DNA of 64,000 nt from Candidatus Latescibacterota bacterium (GTDB lineage Bacteria; Latescibacterota; UBA2968; GCA-2709665): positions 1,920,001 to 1,984,000 of the forward strand of contig OZ252100.1 of assembly GCA_965248435.1 (NCBI GenBank). Direction: 5' to 3'. The notes below the pieces were generated by a model. The model was not told the DNA's origin. It worked only from the letters and a program-made list of their open reading frames with translations, and ran no database searches. This document shows positions 30,994 through 41,239 of this stretch, in pieces (position 1 is the first letter of the stretch; every line of letters starts with the position of its first letter). Both the position numbers and the translations under genes were made by a program.

Positions 30994-32852
30994 ATGATAC
31001 AAAATAGTTCTGGCAAAGCTCCTATACTCGCGATACGCGAGAATATTTTGACCTGGTTCCTGTATGCACTGCTCATGGCGGGACTGACTTTTGTAGCCTT
31101 CGGGAACCTCTCCACACATTTGTTGCACGACAATGATCCGGAGTACCTGGAAGATGCCGCCGTTTCCCAGCGAGACTTTTCCTTTGTTACTTCCCCAGGA
31201 TCTATCCAGGCAGGCCGACCTTTAATCTTTATCTTTGGGTCGCATACAATCTGTTCGGGGACGATCCTGCCGGGTATCATAACCTTCAAGTCTGTCTACA
31301 CCTGGCCGTCAGTCTGCTCCTCGCGTTTACATTCAGGAGGCTCGGATCGAACTTTGAGTTGAGTCTCATTGGGGGCCTCCTCTTCCTGTTGAATGTGGCC
31401 CATTTTCGGGCCGTTCACTGGATCTCCTGTACGAGTTACCTGCTTGCGCTTTTTCTGGGGCTAACGGCGCTTCTTCTCTATTCCCACGGTCTGAGGACGA
31501 GAAACTCCCGCTGGTCCTACGCGGCGGCCGCAGTCCTGGCGGTCGCCATCTTTGCTCACGCCTCAACGGTGGCGATCACGTTGCCCTTGCTGATTTTGAC
31601 TCTGACGGCAAAGCTTCCAAAACTTAAAGTTATCCACATGCTGATTCCCCAATTCGCCATCGCGGGAATCTGTGGAATCCTACTCATCTCTGTCTATCCA
31701 AAAGCGCCCCAGCTCGTAATGGCTTCCAGGGCCTCTCAGCCTGTGGATCTCGTGCTCAATCTGTTCTGGTTCTGGGGAAGACTGATTACGACCGCTCACT
31801 GGCTTCCAGAGTTCCTGGATCTGGCAGAAACCACCGTTTGGGAACGTACGGCGGGATTCTTTTTCTTCGGTCTATCCGCTTTTCTTTCGGTGAGACGCGG
31901 GTTGTCCGTACTTTGGACGGTCTGGCTGATCGCATTTTCGCTTCCGTTTGTTGGCTCAGATTTGTGGCCGAATGTCCCTGGACCGTCTCGATACCTCTAT
32001 CTTTCCTCACTGGCTTCTTCATTCATTCTTGCCTGGATGATCTACGAGCTTGCAAGGTGGTTAGGAAGAAACCGGATCGGACTTGCCAGGGCCGTCCTGG
32101 TGGCGATCGTTGGAGTACTCCTGAGTTCCAGTATTCTGGGACTAAGAAGGGCCGAGGCGGTTTCTCTATATCACTCCGGATGGAATTACATCACAGACCA
32201 GGAGTACGAAACAGGCCTTGGACAACTAAGGCGCGCAATCACGCAGAATTCACGCATTCTGCCCCCTGATGCCTACTTGCGACTCGCGACGAGCGGCTTC
32301 ATCATCGGTAAATCCGCGGAGGGGTTGCTCCAGAAAGCCCTGGAGGATGATCCAACCTCTCCAGAGCTCAGCATGCTTCTGGGGGCCTCCGCCTTTCTCC
32401 ACAAGGACGACATGGGTAGACAAGCCGGCGAAAAGAGAGTTCGGGAGGCGCTTGAATCATCAAAGGACGACAAACTGCTCCGATGGAACACGGCCGTCGC
32501 CTTCAATAATCTTGCAGGATTCTACCTCGAGGCAGCGGATCATCAAACAGCAATCGATCTGTCATACCAGGCCTTCCTCTATAGCCCAAACTATTCCATG
32601 GCCCTTCTCAACATGGGAAACGCGCTGCACAACAACGGCGAACCCGGTGAAGCCATAGAAATCTTCAAGACACTTCTAAAGTTACAGCCCTCGAATGACA
32701 TCGCGTGGAATGCAATGAGAAACCTGGGTCTCATCCTGGCTGAAAAAGGCTTGAAAGAAGAAACCATCTTTTACTACCAACAGGCCGCAGCACTGGATCC
32801 AGACAACGAAGAAGTGAGATCCAACCTGAAAACGCTCTTGGAAGGTAAATAG
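30994..32852 (+). pseudogene. GT-C-like plus TPR protein, paralogue 5, frameshifted near 31198
   Basis: CCA-GGATCTAT against CCAGAGAGGATCTAT in the paralogues (4-nt loss). The shifted frame reads IYPGRPTFNLYLW and runs into ORF 31359-32852. Confidence 0.8.
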
Positions 32853-32856
32853 TCCG

Positions 32857-33585
32857 GTGTATGATAAACGAAAAGCCTCTTACAATTACGACGCTATTCC
32901 GGCCGGGTACTACGATCGCGTATTCAAAACCGGATTCTCGACGAGACGATTCTGGCACCAATTCAAGTTCCAATCCGTCATTGCTGACCTCCCCGAAGAA
33001 GCAAAAACGATACTGGATATCGGGTGCGGCCCCGGTTCATTGACTTCCCTGATACAAGGTCATATCAGGTCTGTCGGAATAGACTGTTCAGCCAGCCAGG
33101 TTGCCTATGCAGAGAGGAATTATGGCTCTGACTCAAGGATATTTCTTGCGGCGGAGGTCCCGAACCTCCCATTTGTAGACGGTTCGTTCGACGTTGTCAC
33201 GATGGTGGAGGTCCTCGAGCACCTTCCGCTGCACGTGGTAGAGGAAACGCTATCCGAAGTCGTACGACTCCTAAAGCCAAATGGGAGTTTCTTGATTACA
33301 ACCCCGAATTACAAAAGCATGTGGCCGCTACTCGAGCGGATCATCCCTGTTCTGGGCGCTCCCAGCTATGATGAACAGCACGTATCCAGGTTCACGCCTC
33401 GCCGGATCGAGATTTTACTCGCATCCCACGGTTTCAGCACGAACAGTCTAAGCTCGATTTTTATTCTCTCGCCTTTCGTATCCTTCCTTTCCTGGAGATT
33501 AGGTGCCCGACTATTCAGCCTGGAACGAAGACTTGCAAAGAAGCTGGGGTCTTTGATTCTCGGGCGATTTTACCTGGCACCCTGA
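32857..33585 (+). CDS. Class I SAM-dependent methyltransferase
   Basis: ILDIGCGPG, LPFVDGSFDVV, EVLEHL and LKPNG..ITTPN. Confidence 0.9.
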   Translation: MYDKRKASYNYDAIPAGYYDRVFKTGFSTRRFWHQFKFQSVIADLPEEAKTILDIGCGPGSLTSLIQGHIRSVGIDCSASQVAYAERNYGSDSRIFLAAEVPNLPFVDGSFDVVTMVEVLEHLPLHVVEETLSEVVRLLKPNGSFLITTPNYKSMWPLLERIIPVLGAPSYDEQHVSRFTPRRIEILLASHGFSTNSLSSIFILSPFVSFLSWRLGARLFSLERRLAKKLGSLILGRFYLAP

Positions 33586-35996
33586 TGCTTAAATATTCAT
33601 CGACATCTAGAATCCGGGTAGCAGCCATCCTCCTGGGCATCATCCTGCTGTCAGGCTGGCTCCGGTTCTCAGGCCTGGACTGGGGAACGGACCCGGACAC
33701 GGGCACATTCCACGCCTTTCACCCCGACGAAGCGACCATCATCCAGAACGCAAAATGGCTCGGCGTCGACCTCCAACAGATCATCGCTTCATACGGAAAG
33801 GCCCCCGTTTACCTCCTCTGGGCGCTTGCCACCTCTGCAGGCTACCTGTTCGACATCGACCCATTCGATCTCGAACAGAACCGGTCCAGACGCTTCGTCC
33901 ACGTTCTCGCGCGAGGAATCTCGGCCGCCCTGGGCACCCTCACCGTATGGATCCTCTTCTCGATCGGGGTTCGTCTGCACGGCGTATGGACCGGTCTCTT
34001 GTCCGCTGCTTTTCTGGGATGCTGTGCGGGACACATCCAGCAGAGCCACTACTACACCGTTGAGGTATCCCTCACGTTCTGGTTGTGCTTGGCCATCCTC
34101 CTCCTGCTGCAGATGCCTTCAAACCGAAAGGCACTCTACCTGGCATTCGGCGTGGTCTGTGGCCTGGCGATCGGCACACGCCTAGTGGGCATCTGGCTCG
34201 GGATCCCCTTTTTGATTACCCACCTGTGGCCACAGAACGGCCGATCGCAGGAGACTTGGCGCACATTGATGACCCCGCAGATTCTCACCTGTGCGGTCTC
34301 CGCGCTCGCAGTCACGCTCGCCTGCGAGCCTTTTCTCATTCTTGACCCAGGCCATTACTTCAGTCACACAGAGCTGACCAGGCTGATGCCGAGCTTGAAG
34401 GTGGCCAAGGGAGAGCAGGTCGTGATCTGGTCCCTTTTCGACTTCTCCACCACCCCCTACCTGTTCTACTTCACTCACCTCTTTCGCTATGCGCTGGGCG
34501 TGCCGCTCGAGATCGTCGCTTTGCTGGGCGTGTTGCTGGCCCTCGCGCGAAGAAGAAGGCATGAGCTCGTGATACTGGGCTGGATAATTCCATACTTCCT
34601 GACCGTTGGCGGCCTGCACACCATGCCCATCCGATATACCACCCCATTGCTGCCGTTCCTGGGCTTGTTGGGCGCCTGGACGTGCGTCGAGGCGTCTTTG
34701 TGGCTGCACCGACGCTGGAGGCTGCTGCCGATAAGTGCCCTGCCGGTCCTATCCGTAGGGCTTCCTGCCCTGGCCCACGGCGCCTCCATCAGTGAGATCT
34801 TTCGCCAGAAAGACAGCCGGATCGCTGCCGCGCATTGGATTCGTGAGCATATCCCCGAAGGGTCCGTCGTCCTGACCGAACGGGGGGGGTTTCAAACCTT
34901 CTGGATGGTGCCTGAGGCGCGCTACCGGAGAAAGGTCGTAGAAGCGAACTACTTTGTTACTGCCGAAAAGTGCGTGCCTTACTGGTCTCAGCTCAATTTC
35001 CTGGAATCCAAACTCCGGGGCGTGGAGTGGCTCGTCCTGATCGAGGAGAACCGGATGCGTCAGTTCCTGGAGGTTCCGGATCGATATCCGATTGCCTACG
35101 GGTTCTATAACAGACTGGCATCCGGGAAGCTGGGGTTCGAAGGCGTAGCCAGCTTTAAGGTCTCCCCAACGATCTTCGGCTGGCGGTTCTCTGAAGCGGG
35201 GGCCGAGCCGACGATCACCGCCTATGATCACCCCCGTGTGTGGGTCTATCGCTCGACCGGTACAGACGTGAAGGCGCTGCTGGCAGATTGGACGAAAAGG
35301 ATGGGGCAGGATGAGCGATTCGCCGACCGCTATATCCGTGCAGGGGTGAAGGCCTATCGAGAAAACGACTGGGAGGCGGCCGCAGCAGAATTTCGTCATA
35401 CGGTGGAACGGCAGCCCGAATTCATGTTGGGGCACCTTCTCCTGCGAGAAGTGTATCTCAAACAGGGAATGGCGGAGGAGGCAGCCAGGGAATGGCAACT
35501 CGCCTCGAAAGATGGGAATGGAATCACGTTTCAGGCTCTCCTCGGACTGGCTCAGGCCGGTCTGGTGGACGAAGGAACTGCCTATCTAGACCAATTCTTG
35601 CGAGTTTCAAAGGGAAAAGGCTCAATAGATTCCCTCAAAATCGCTCAGATTGAATCGACGATTCGATTTGTCCTGGAAACGAAACAGCGTGAGACCGAAA
35701 CAGATTACCTGCGCGACGTCCGGCTGAACCCGGACAACGTAGACCCGATTTTCAATCTGGGTGTTCTATACTATCGTCAAGGAAGATACGAGCAAGCCGC
35801 ATCATATTTCGCGAGGGTAATCGAGTTATCTCCCCATGACCCAGAGGCCCGCTTGGGACTGGCAGGAGCTTACGCCCGTGTGGGCCGAAGAGAAGACGCC
35901 ATCAGGGAATTTCGCGGTGTCCTATCCATCAATCCAGAGGACGCACAGGCAAAGTCAGGTCTGGAGTCCTTGTTGAAACTGGAAAAGAATGAATAA
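33585..35996 (+). CDS. GT39/PMT_2-like GT-C glycosyltransferase with C-terminal TPRs
   Basis: LRFSGLDWG...FHPDE first-loop motif, ARGISA, SHYYTVE, RYTTPLLPF and TPRs (FNLGVLYYRQG). Confidence 0.75.
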   Translation: MLKYSSTSRIRVAAILLGIILLSGWLRFSGLDWGTDPDTGTFHAFHPDEATIIQNAKWLGVDLQQIIASYGKAPVYLLWALATSAGYLFDIDPFDLEQNRSRRFVHVLARGISAALGTLTVWILFSIGVRLHGVWTGLLSAAFLGCCAGHIQQSHYYTVEVSLTFWLCLAILLLLQMPSNRKALYLAFGVVCGLAIGTRLVGIWLGIPFLITHLWPQNGRSQETWRTLMTPQILTCAVSALAVTLACEPFLILDPGHYFSHTELTRLMPSLKVAKGEQVVIWSLFDFSTTPYLFYFTHLFRYALGVPLEIVALLGVLLALARRRRHELVILGWIIPYFLTVGGLHTMPIRYTTPLLPFLGLLGAWTCVEASLWLHRRWRLLPISALPVLSVGLPALAHGASISEIFRQKDSRIAAAHWIREHIPEGSVVLTERGGFQTFWMVPEARYRRKVVEANYFVTAEKCVPYWSQLNFLESKLRGVEWLVLIEENRMRQFLEVPDRYPIAYGFYNRLASGKLGFEGVASFKVSPTIFGWRFSEAGAEPTITAYDHPRVWVYRSTGTDVKALLADWTKRMGQDERFADRYIRAGVKAYRENDWEAAAAEFRHTVERQPEFMLGHLLLREVYLKQGMAEEAAREWQLASKDGNGITFQALLGLAQAGLVDEGTAYLDQFLRVSKGKGSIDSLKIAQIESTIRFVLETKQRETETDYLRDVRLNPDNVDPIFNLGVLYYRQGRYEQAASYFARVIELSPHDPEARLGLAGAYARVGRREDAIREFRGVLSINPEDAQAKSGLESLLKLEKNE

Positions 35997-36020
35997 CCTC
36001 CGACGCATACCAAGAATCTC

Positions 36021-36049
36021 TTGACAACCCTGTTTTTATCCTATATCGT
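36021..36049 (+). promoter_or_regulatory. sigma70-type promoter
   Basis: TTGACA-N17-TATCGT upstream of the receiver gene. Confidence 0.5.
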
Positions 36050-36121
36050 AGTGGATACAGACACTTAAACGATTGCGTCGGGTTTTCATTCGACTCCGCC
36101 ATCTTGCGCGGGCATCCTGAA

Positions 36122-36523
36122 ATGGCCAACGAAACCATCCTCGTCGTAGAAGACAACGTGATGAACATGGAATTGATCACCGACATCCTTGAGGTCAAGG
36201 GATATGAGGTCCTGCAGGCTACGACGGGTTCTGATGCCCTTGATCTTGTCAACTCGAAGCACCCCGACCTGATCTTAATGGACATCCAGCTCCCCGGTTT
36301 GGATGGGCTGACCATAACCGGTATCATCAAGGACAACCCTGATATCCGTGATATACCCATCGTGGCTATCACAGCCCACGCGATGCGTGGCGACGAGGAA
36401 AAGGTTCGCGAGGCCGGATGCGATGGCTACATCTCCAAACCGATCGATACGCGCAAACTCCCGGACACAATTCAGGGCTTCTTAGACAGCCGCCGGCAGG
36501 GCGCTTCCCCAAACGAGGGCTGA
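36122..36523 (+). CDS. Single-domain response regulator (DivK-like)
   Basis: ILVVEDN, LMDIQLPG, TAHAMRGD and GCDGYISKP. Confidence 0.93.
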   Translation: MANETILVVEDNVMNMELITDILEVKGYEVLQATTGSDALDLVNSKHPDLILMDIQLPGLDGLTITGIIKDNPDIRDIPIVAITAHAMRGDEEKVREAGCDGYISKPIDTRKLPDTIQGFLDSRRQGASPNEG

Positions 36524-36526
36524 GGC

Positions 36527-37627
36527 ATGGGCAAATCCACCGTACTCGTAGTAGATGACAACCCCCAGAACCTGGAGCTCCTCGAGGCTTATCTCATCCC
36601 AGAGGACTACAATGTTCTGACTGCTCTTGACGGCCTGGAGGCGCTAAAGCAGGTAGAGGAGGTGTCTCCTGACATCGTCCTTTTGGACGTTATGATGCCC
36701 AACATGAACGGGTATGAGGTCTGTCAGAAACTGAAAAACGATGAAACGACTCGGTTCATTCCCGTCGTAATGGTCACCGCACTGAAGGAGCTGGACGACA
36801 AAATTCAAAGCATCGAGGCAGGCGCAGACGATTTCCTGACGAAGCCGATCAACAAGCTGGAGCTCCTCACCCGAATCAAGTCCCTCATCCGCGTGAAGCA
36901 TCTGCACGATGATCTCGCAAAGAGTTACCGTGACCTCATGGAGCTGGAGAATACGAAAGACCACCTTACTCAAATGATCATACACGACCTCAAAAACCCG
37001 CTTACCGGGATAAAGGCCAATCTCGAGATCGTGGGCATGGAAGAACTCCGAGAGACTCAGGAATGCCTGGACGCCGCTCAGCGCAGCTGCGACCTGCTGT
37101 TCAACATGATCCAGGATCTTTTGGACATCTCGAAGATGGAGGATGGACAGCTCACGCTTAACAAAGAACCGTGCAACTTGGAAGAAATCATCGGTGCCTC
37201 GGCAAAAGAGTTCGAGGTCACGTCGCTCGCCGAAAACAAAGAGATTGTGTTGGAGCTGAGTCCTGATCTGCCACCGCTGAATTGCGACCGCAATCTGCTT
37301 TATCGTACCATGTCCAATCTATTGATCAATGCGATCAAGTATACGGGTCGTGGAGGGACGATAACCGTTCACGCCTTAGTCGTGGAGGGATCGTTTCAGG
37401 TGAGGGTAGAAGATACCGGGCAGGGAATTCCAGACGAATACCTGGAGAAGGTATTCGAGAAATTCGGTCAGGTTGAGAGCAGATCGCGAAGCGGTACGGG
37501 TCTTGGGCTTACCTTTTGCAGGATGGCGGTGGAAGCTCACCAGGGGCGAATCTGGGTGGAGAGCGAAGAGGGTGTAGGCAGCAGATTCATATTTGAGATT
37601 CCCGAAAATCCTTCTTCCGACGCCTGA
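36527..37627 (+). CDS. Hybrid REC-HisKA-HATPase histidine kinase
   Basis: VVDD...LDVMMP, IHDLKNPL, NAIKY, DTGQGI and GTGLGL. Confidence 0.93.
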   Translation: MGKSTVLVVDDNPQNLELLEAYLIPEDYNVLTALDGLEALKQVEEVSPDIVLLDVMMPNMNGYEVCQKLKNDETTRFIPVVMVTALKELDDKIQSIEAGADDFLTKPINKLELLTRIKSLIRVKHLHDDLAKSYRDLMELENTKDHLTQMIIHDLKNPLTGIKANLEIVGMEELRETQECLDAAQRSCDLLFNMIQDLLDISKMEDGQLTLNKEPCNLEEIIGASAKEFEVTSLAENKEIVLELSPDLPPLNCDRNLLYRTMSNLLINAIKYTGRGGTITVHALVVEGSFQVRVEDTGQGIPDEYLEKVFEKFGQVESRSRSGTGLGLTFCRMAVEAHQGRIWVESEEGVGSRFIFEIPENPSSDA

Positions 37628-37635
37628 TGGGTTCG

Positions 37636-38973
37636 TCAGAACTTCATGTGGGACTGAATGTTTAGAATGCGTCGTCTCCGGAAGCCTCCCGTCTCGTCAG
37701 GCTCGTAAGTATATCTCACCTCCCACACCACCAGCAGACCCTTCACGGGTTTGACTCCAACTCTGCAGCCAAATAGGCGGTCTGGCTTCAAGTCCAGACG
37801 TCCTGACCTGGATACGCGTTTCCGGTCCTGGTAAAACGCGTCAGCGTGAGAAAGCCTGGGAATAGTTTTGAGAAACGAAGGCTTTAGAGAAGCTTCTGCA
37901 TCCAGGCGTCTGTCGTCTTCTCCGTTGCCGGACAGGTACTGGTATGAGGCCCGTGTTTCCACGAAGGGTCCTAATGAAATCGAAAGATCTCCAAACAGAC
38001 CCTTCGATGATGCCTCGTTCAAGGTAGCCTCTTTTGTGAGCAGATTCCCGGTCTCCGGCTCAACGCGGGCTCGATCCAGTTCGTAAAGCGCGTCGAAATG
38101 GGTCGGACTCAATTGCCCCCTCACCCAGCGGTACTCCGCCCGCACTTTTCCGCCTTTGAATGCGACCTCTACGCCGGGCCCGTGCAGCCCGCTCCCGCCT
38201 CCCCTCGCTGCCACAGTTTTTAGCACCCCGCCGTAAAGCGTCAATCGAGTTGAAAGTCGTCCTTGAAGGGGGTAAGCCATATCAAATCCGAAGGCCCCGT
38301 AAGGATCTCTTCCCGCGCCCCTTCGCAGCGAGTCTGGAATCCCCCTCAACTGATCCGTGTCAATCGCGAACGTCGTACCATATTCGAAGGGTCCGGCTGG
38401 CTGGAATGCAGCACGCCCCCCAATCACCGCACCGCCACGATCCAAATCCAAAAGATTATTGATGAGCACGCGAAACGTCGTGCTGCCGCCTGATAGGCCC
38501 CCCACGCGCAGGTCTACGCCGGTCTTTTTCACCCCTGGGGCTTCGAGCGTGTTTCGATATCGCCACATGATCGCCCCTCGACCCAACGTAATGTCTTCCA
38601 GATCACCCACCTTCAGGGAAAAGCCCCGGTCGTCATTTTTGTTCTTTCTGGATCGGACATAGTGGATCTTCCGAAGCAGGCTCTCCAGGCTTTTTCGCCC
38701 GCTCGAGAAATCCCATCCCCGGTTCTGGAACCCACCACGGTCGTCCAAAAACAGTTCGAGATCCAGCACTGCTTCAAACTTCTCGGAGAGGAACCTTGGT
38801 TGCAGGACGAGACGCTGCCACTGCTTGGCCTTCACGGTAACCGTCCCCACCAACCCATACAGAGACAGTCCCTCGGCCGCACCGGGAAGTGTCTGCGCCT
38901 CTGTATTGGCCGTGACGATAAAACCGATCGAGACAGCGAGTATTCGACGTCCCCTCAAGGTCCCTCCTTTCAT
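37636..38973 (-). CDS. Hypothetical exported protein, probable outer-membrane beta-barrel
   Basis: Signal peptide, alternating beta-strand pattern and C-terminal Phe. Confidence 0.5.
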   Translation of the reverse strand: MKGGTLRGRRILAVSIGFIVTANTEAQTLPGAAEGLSLYGLVGTVTVKAKQWQRLVLQPRFLSEKFEAVLDLELFLDDRGGFQNRGWDFSSGRKSLESLLRKIHYVRSRKNKNDDRGFSLKVGDLEDITLGRGAIMWRYRNTLEAPGVKKTGVDLRVGGLSGGSTTFRVLINNLLDLDRGGAVIGGRAAFQPAGPFEYGTTFAIDTDQLRGIPDSLRRGAGRDPYGAFGFDMAYPLQGRLSTRLTLYGGVLKTVAARGGGSGLHGPGVEVAFKGGKVRAEYRWVRGQLSPTHFDALYELDRARVEPETGNLLTKEATLNEASSKGLFGDLSISLGPFVETRASYQYLSGNGEDDRRLDAEASLKPSFLKTIPRLSHADAFYQDRKRVSRSGRLDLKPDRLFGCRVGVKPVKGLLVVWEVRYTYEPDETGGFRRRRILNIQSHMKF

Positions 38974-39060
38974 TTGAACGCCCCGTTCTCCAATCTTACG
39001 ACATACCCTCTGCAATGGTCAAGCCGGGCATAATAGATTCGAGTTGCTGATCGGAGCAAA

Positions 39061-39089
39061 TTGACAAGCAGGTGACTGAAAAGTATCTT
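39061..39089 (+). promoter_or_regulatory. sigma70-type promoter for rsmD
   Basis: TTGACA-N17-TATCTT. Confidence 0.6.
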
Positions 39090-39128
39090 GTCGCCACCCT
39101 GCAATCCAACTCCTGGACAACTGAAACA

Positions 39129-39713
39129 ATGCGGGTCATTACGGGAAGTTTAAAAGGCCGAGTTATCCCCTTCGATGTAGAACAACACGGGGAGATCCGC
39201 GTGACATCTCAGAGGGTGAAGAAGGCCGCCTTCTCTATTCTTGGGGAGAATCTCACGAACACGCGGTTTCTGGACCTTTGCGCAGGGTCGGGGCAAATCG
39301 GGCTGGAGGCCGCCAGTCGCGGCGCCCAAGTCGTGATGAACGAACCGGACAAAACAAGACATCGGTTCATCGACAATCTCCGCCAATCCTGGGGTGTGCG
39401 TGAGTCCGTCGAGCTCCTCGGCTTGTCTGCCGAAAGACTGGCAATCACCCTCGGAGCTGAGGGAAGGTGCTTCGAAATCATCTTTCTGGATCCGCCCTAC
39501 AACGATGAGAGTGATGGGCGTCCACTCTCCATTTCTCTGCTCGCCAAGATCGCCGCGACCTCTTTGTCAGCCACCCCTGGGCTCATCCTCGTCCAACACG
39601 CCAGCAAACTCGAGATGCCGGAGTCGGTCGGCCTGCAGTCCAGATTGAAGCAAAGGCACTACGGGGGCACTGCGCTCACGCTCTACAAAAGCGACACGGA
39701 GGATCGACATTGA
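39129..39713 (+). CDS. rsmD: RsmD-family RNA methyltransferase
   Basis: MRVITGSLKGR, FLDLCAGSGQIGLEAASRGA, DPPY and YGGT. Confidence 0.88.
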   Translation: MRVITGSLKGRVIPFDVEQHGEIRVTSQRVKKAAFSILGENLTNTRFLDLCAGSGQIGLEAASRGAQVVMNEPDKTRHRFIDNLRQSWGVRESVELLGLSAERLAITLGAEGRCFEIIFLDPPYNDESDGRPLSISLLAKIAATSLSATPGLILVQHASKLEMPESVGLQSRLKQRHYGGTALTLYKSDTEDRH

Positions 39714-39771
39714 TGGTTGTTGTTTTGAGCGAGATATTGCTCTCGCTTCGATGGTCGGAGGTATCGCTTGG

Positions 39772-39807
39772 AAAAACAAAAGCCGCCACAGAAACTGTGG
39801 CGGCTTT
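39772..39807. terminator. Bidirectional intrinsic terminator
   Basis: AAAGCCGCCACAG-AAA-CTGTGGCGGCTTT between convergent genes. Confidence 0.8.
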
Positions 39808-39836
39808 CCCGGGACGGGTTGGGGATACTCTGAATC

Positions 39837-41090
39837 CTAGGCGATGGCGGAAAGAAAGGCCATGTCTTTCTCAGCATCTCGCATCATGTCGGCCTCCCAA
39901 TCGATGAGATCTTCTGGCTCCATGGCGAGCTGAGTGAAACTAAAGGATTGTATGGCAGGTATCAGCGAATCGCCACCCGATCCAAACCCCAAGTTTCGGC
40001 TCACTGCATCACCGATGTGCACGAGCGAGGCCAGCTCCGGGTCCAACTCTGCTCGATCCGGGGCGTGGTGATGGGCGATCGCTTCGACGAGTCGCTTGGG
40101 GATCCCCCAGTGTTCAGCCAGTTCTCGACCTAGCTTGGCGTGCGTGAATCCCAACCCCTGCTCCTCGGCTTCCAGAACGGAAACGCCGTCTTCTCTTACG
40201 CGGCGAAATACGTCTTGATAGAAATCTGTGTAAAGACCGTCCAGAATCAGCTTTCCGATATCGTGAAGGATGCCGGAAGTAAAACACTCCGGACGAAGGA
40301 TCCTCATCTTGTTCGCGATGAATCGAACGATCGATCCACACGCGGCAGAATGCCGCCAGAATTCCTTCTTGTCCAGCTCGCTACTACCTCCCACGCCTTT
40401 CATAGCCTCCAACACTGAGATACTCAAGACCGCGTTCTTCACGGTCTGATTGCCCAGAAGGGAGATGGCGTCCGAAAGCGATTTGATCTCCCGGTTAAAC
40501 CCGAAAAACGCCGAATTTGAGAGCTTTAGCAGCTTGAGTGTAATAGAGGGATCGGTCTCGATCACCTTGGCCAGGTCACCTGCGTCAACATCCGCGTCTT
40601 CAAACAAGGATTCGACCTGCGCATAAACTGCAGGCAGCGTCGGAAGATCTTCAATCTTGTCTACATCCACTTCCAGCTTTGCTGGTCCCCCGTCGGCAGG
40701 CACGGGTGGGGTGGAATCCAGAATCTTCCAGATCCTGGAAAGGAGGCCCTCGGGCGTGAATGGTTTCTGAATATACCCGTTAAAACCTTTTGCCATGCCC
40801 TGCTTGATCGCACTCTGGTCTCCGCTGAGCATCGCGATACCCACGTGATTGAGATGCGGCATGCGTCGCATCAACTCCACCGCTCGAGTAAAGTCCCCAT
40901 CCATCCTCGTATCCACGAGGATCAGATCCGGCCCCGCTTGAAGTTTATGAATCACGTCCGTTGCCGAGTCAGCGTCAACCACGCGAAAACCGCCAATCCG
41001 CTCAAGGAATATCCGGATAAATTCCTGATCGACCTTGTCGCGCTGAGCGATGATGATGGTTTTAGGGTCCTCACCCTTTTCTACACTCAA
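39837..41090 (-). CDS. REC-HDOD domain signalling protein
   Basis: Receiver-like N-terminus, then LPTLP, DPSITLKLLKLSNSAFF, FWRHS, GILHDIGKL and HHH. Confidence 0.88.
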   Translation of the reverse strand: MSVEKGEDPKTIIIAQRDKVDQEFIRIFLERIGGFRVVDADSATDVIHKLQAGPDLILVDTRMDGDFTRAVELMRRMPHLNHVGIAMLSGDQSAIKQGMAKGFNGYIQKPFTPEGLLSRIWKILDSTPPVPADGGPAKLEVDVDKIEDLPTLPAVYAQVESLFEDADVDAGDLAKVIETDPSITLKLLKLSNSAFFGFNREIKSLSDAISLLGNQTVKNAVLSISVLEAMKGVGGSSELDKKEFWRHSAACGSIVRFIANKMRILRPECFTSGILHDIGKLILDGLYTDFYQDVFRRVREDGVSVLEAEEQGLGFTHAKLGRELAEHWGIPKRLVEAIAHHHAPDRAELDPELASLVHIGDAVSRNLGFGSGGDSLIPAIQSFSFTQLAMEPEDLIDWEADMMRDAEKDMAFLSAIA

Positions 41091-41239
41091 GATGCGCTCT
41101 CCAAGAGGTGTGTGGCTTGATTGGATCTACGCGATGCCGTATATTGCTGCGCGTAAACTCACTCGGCAAAAAACGATGTGATTCTGCGGCAAACGAGAGT
41201 CCCGACTCCCAGCTGAATTCGCAAGCAGGAGACAGCACA

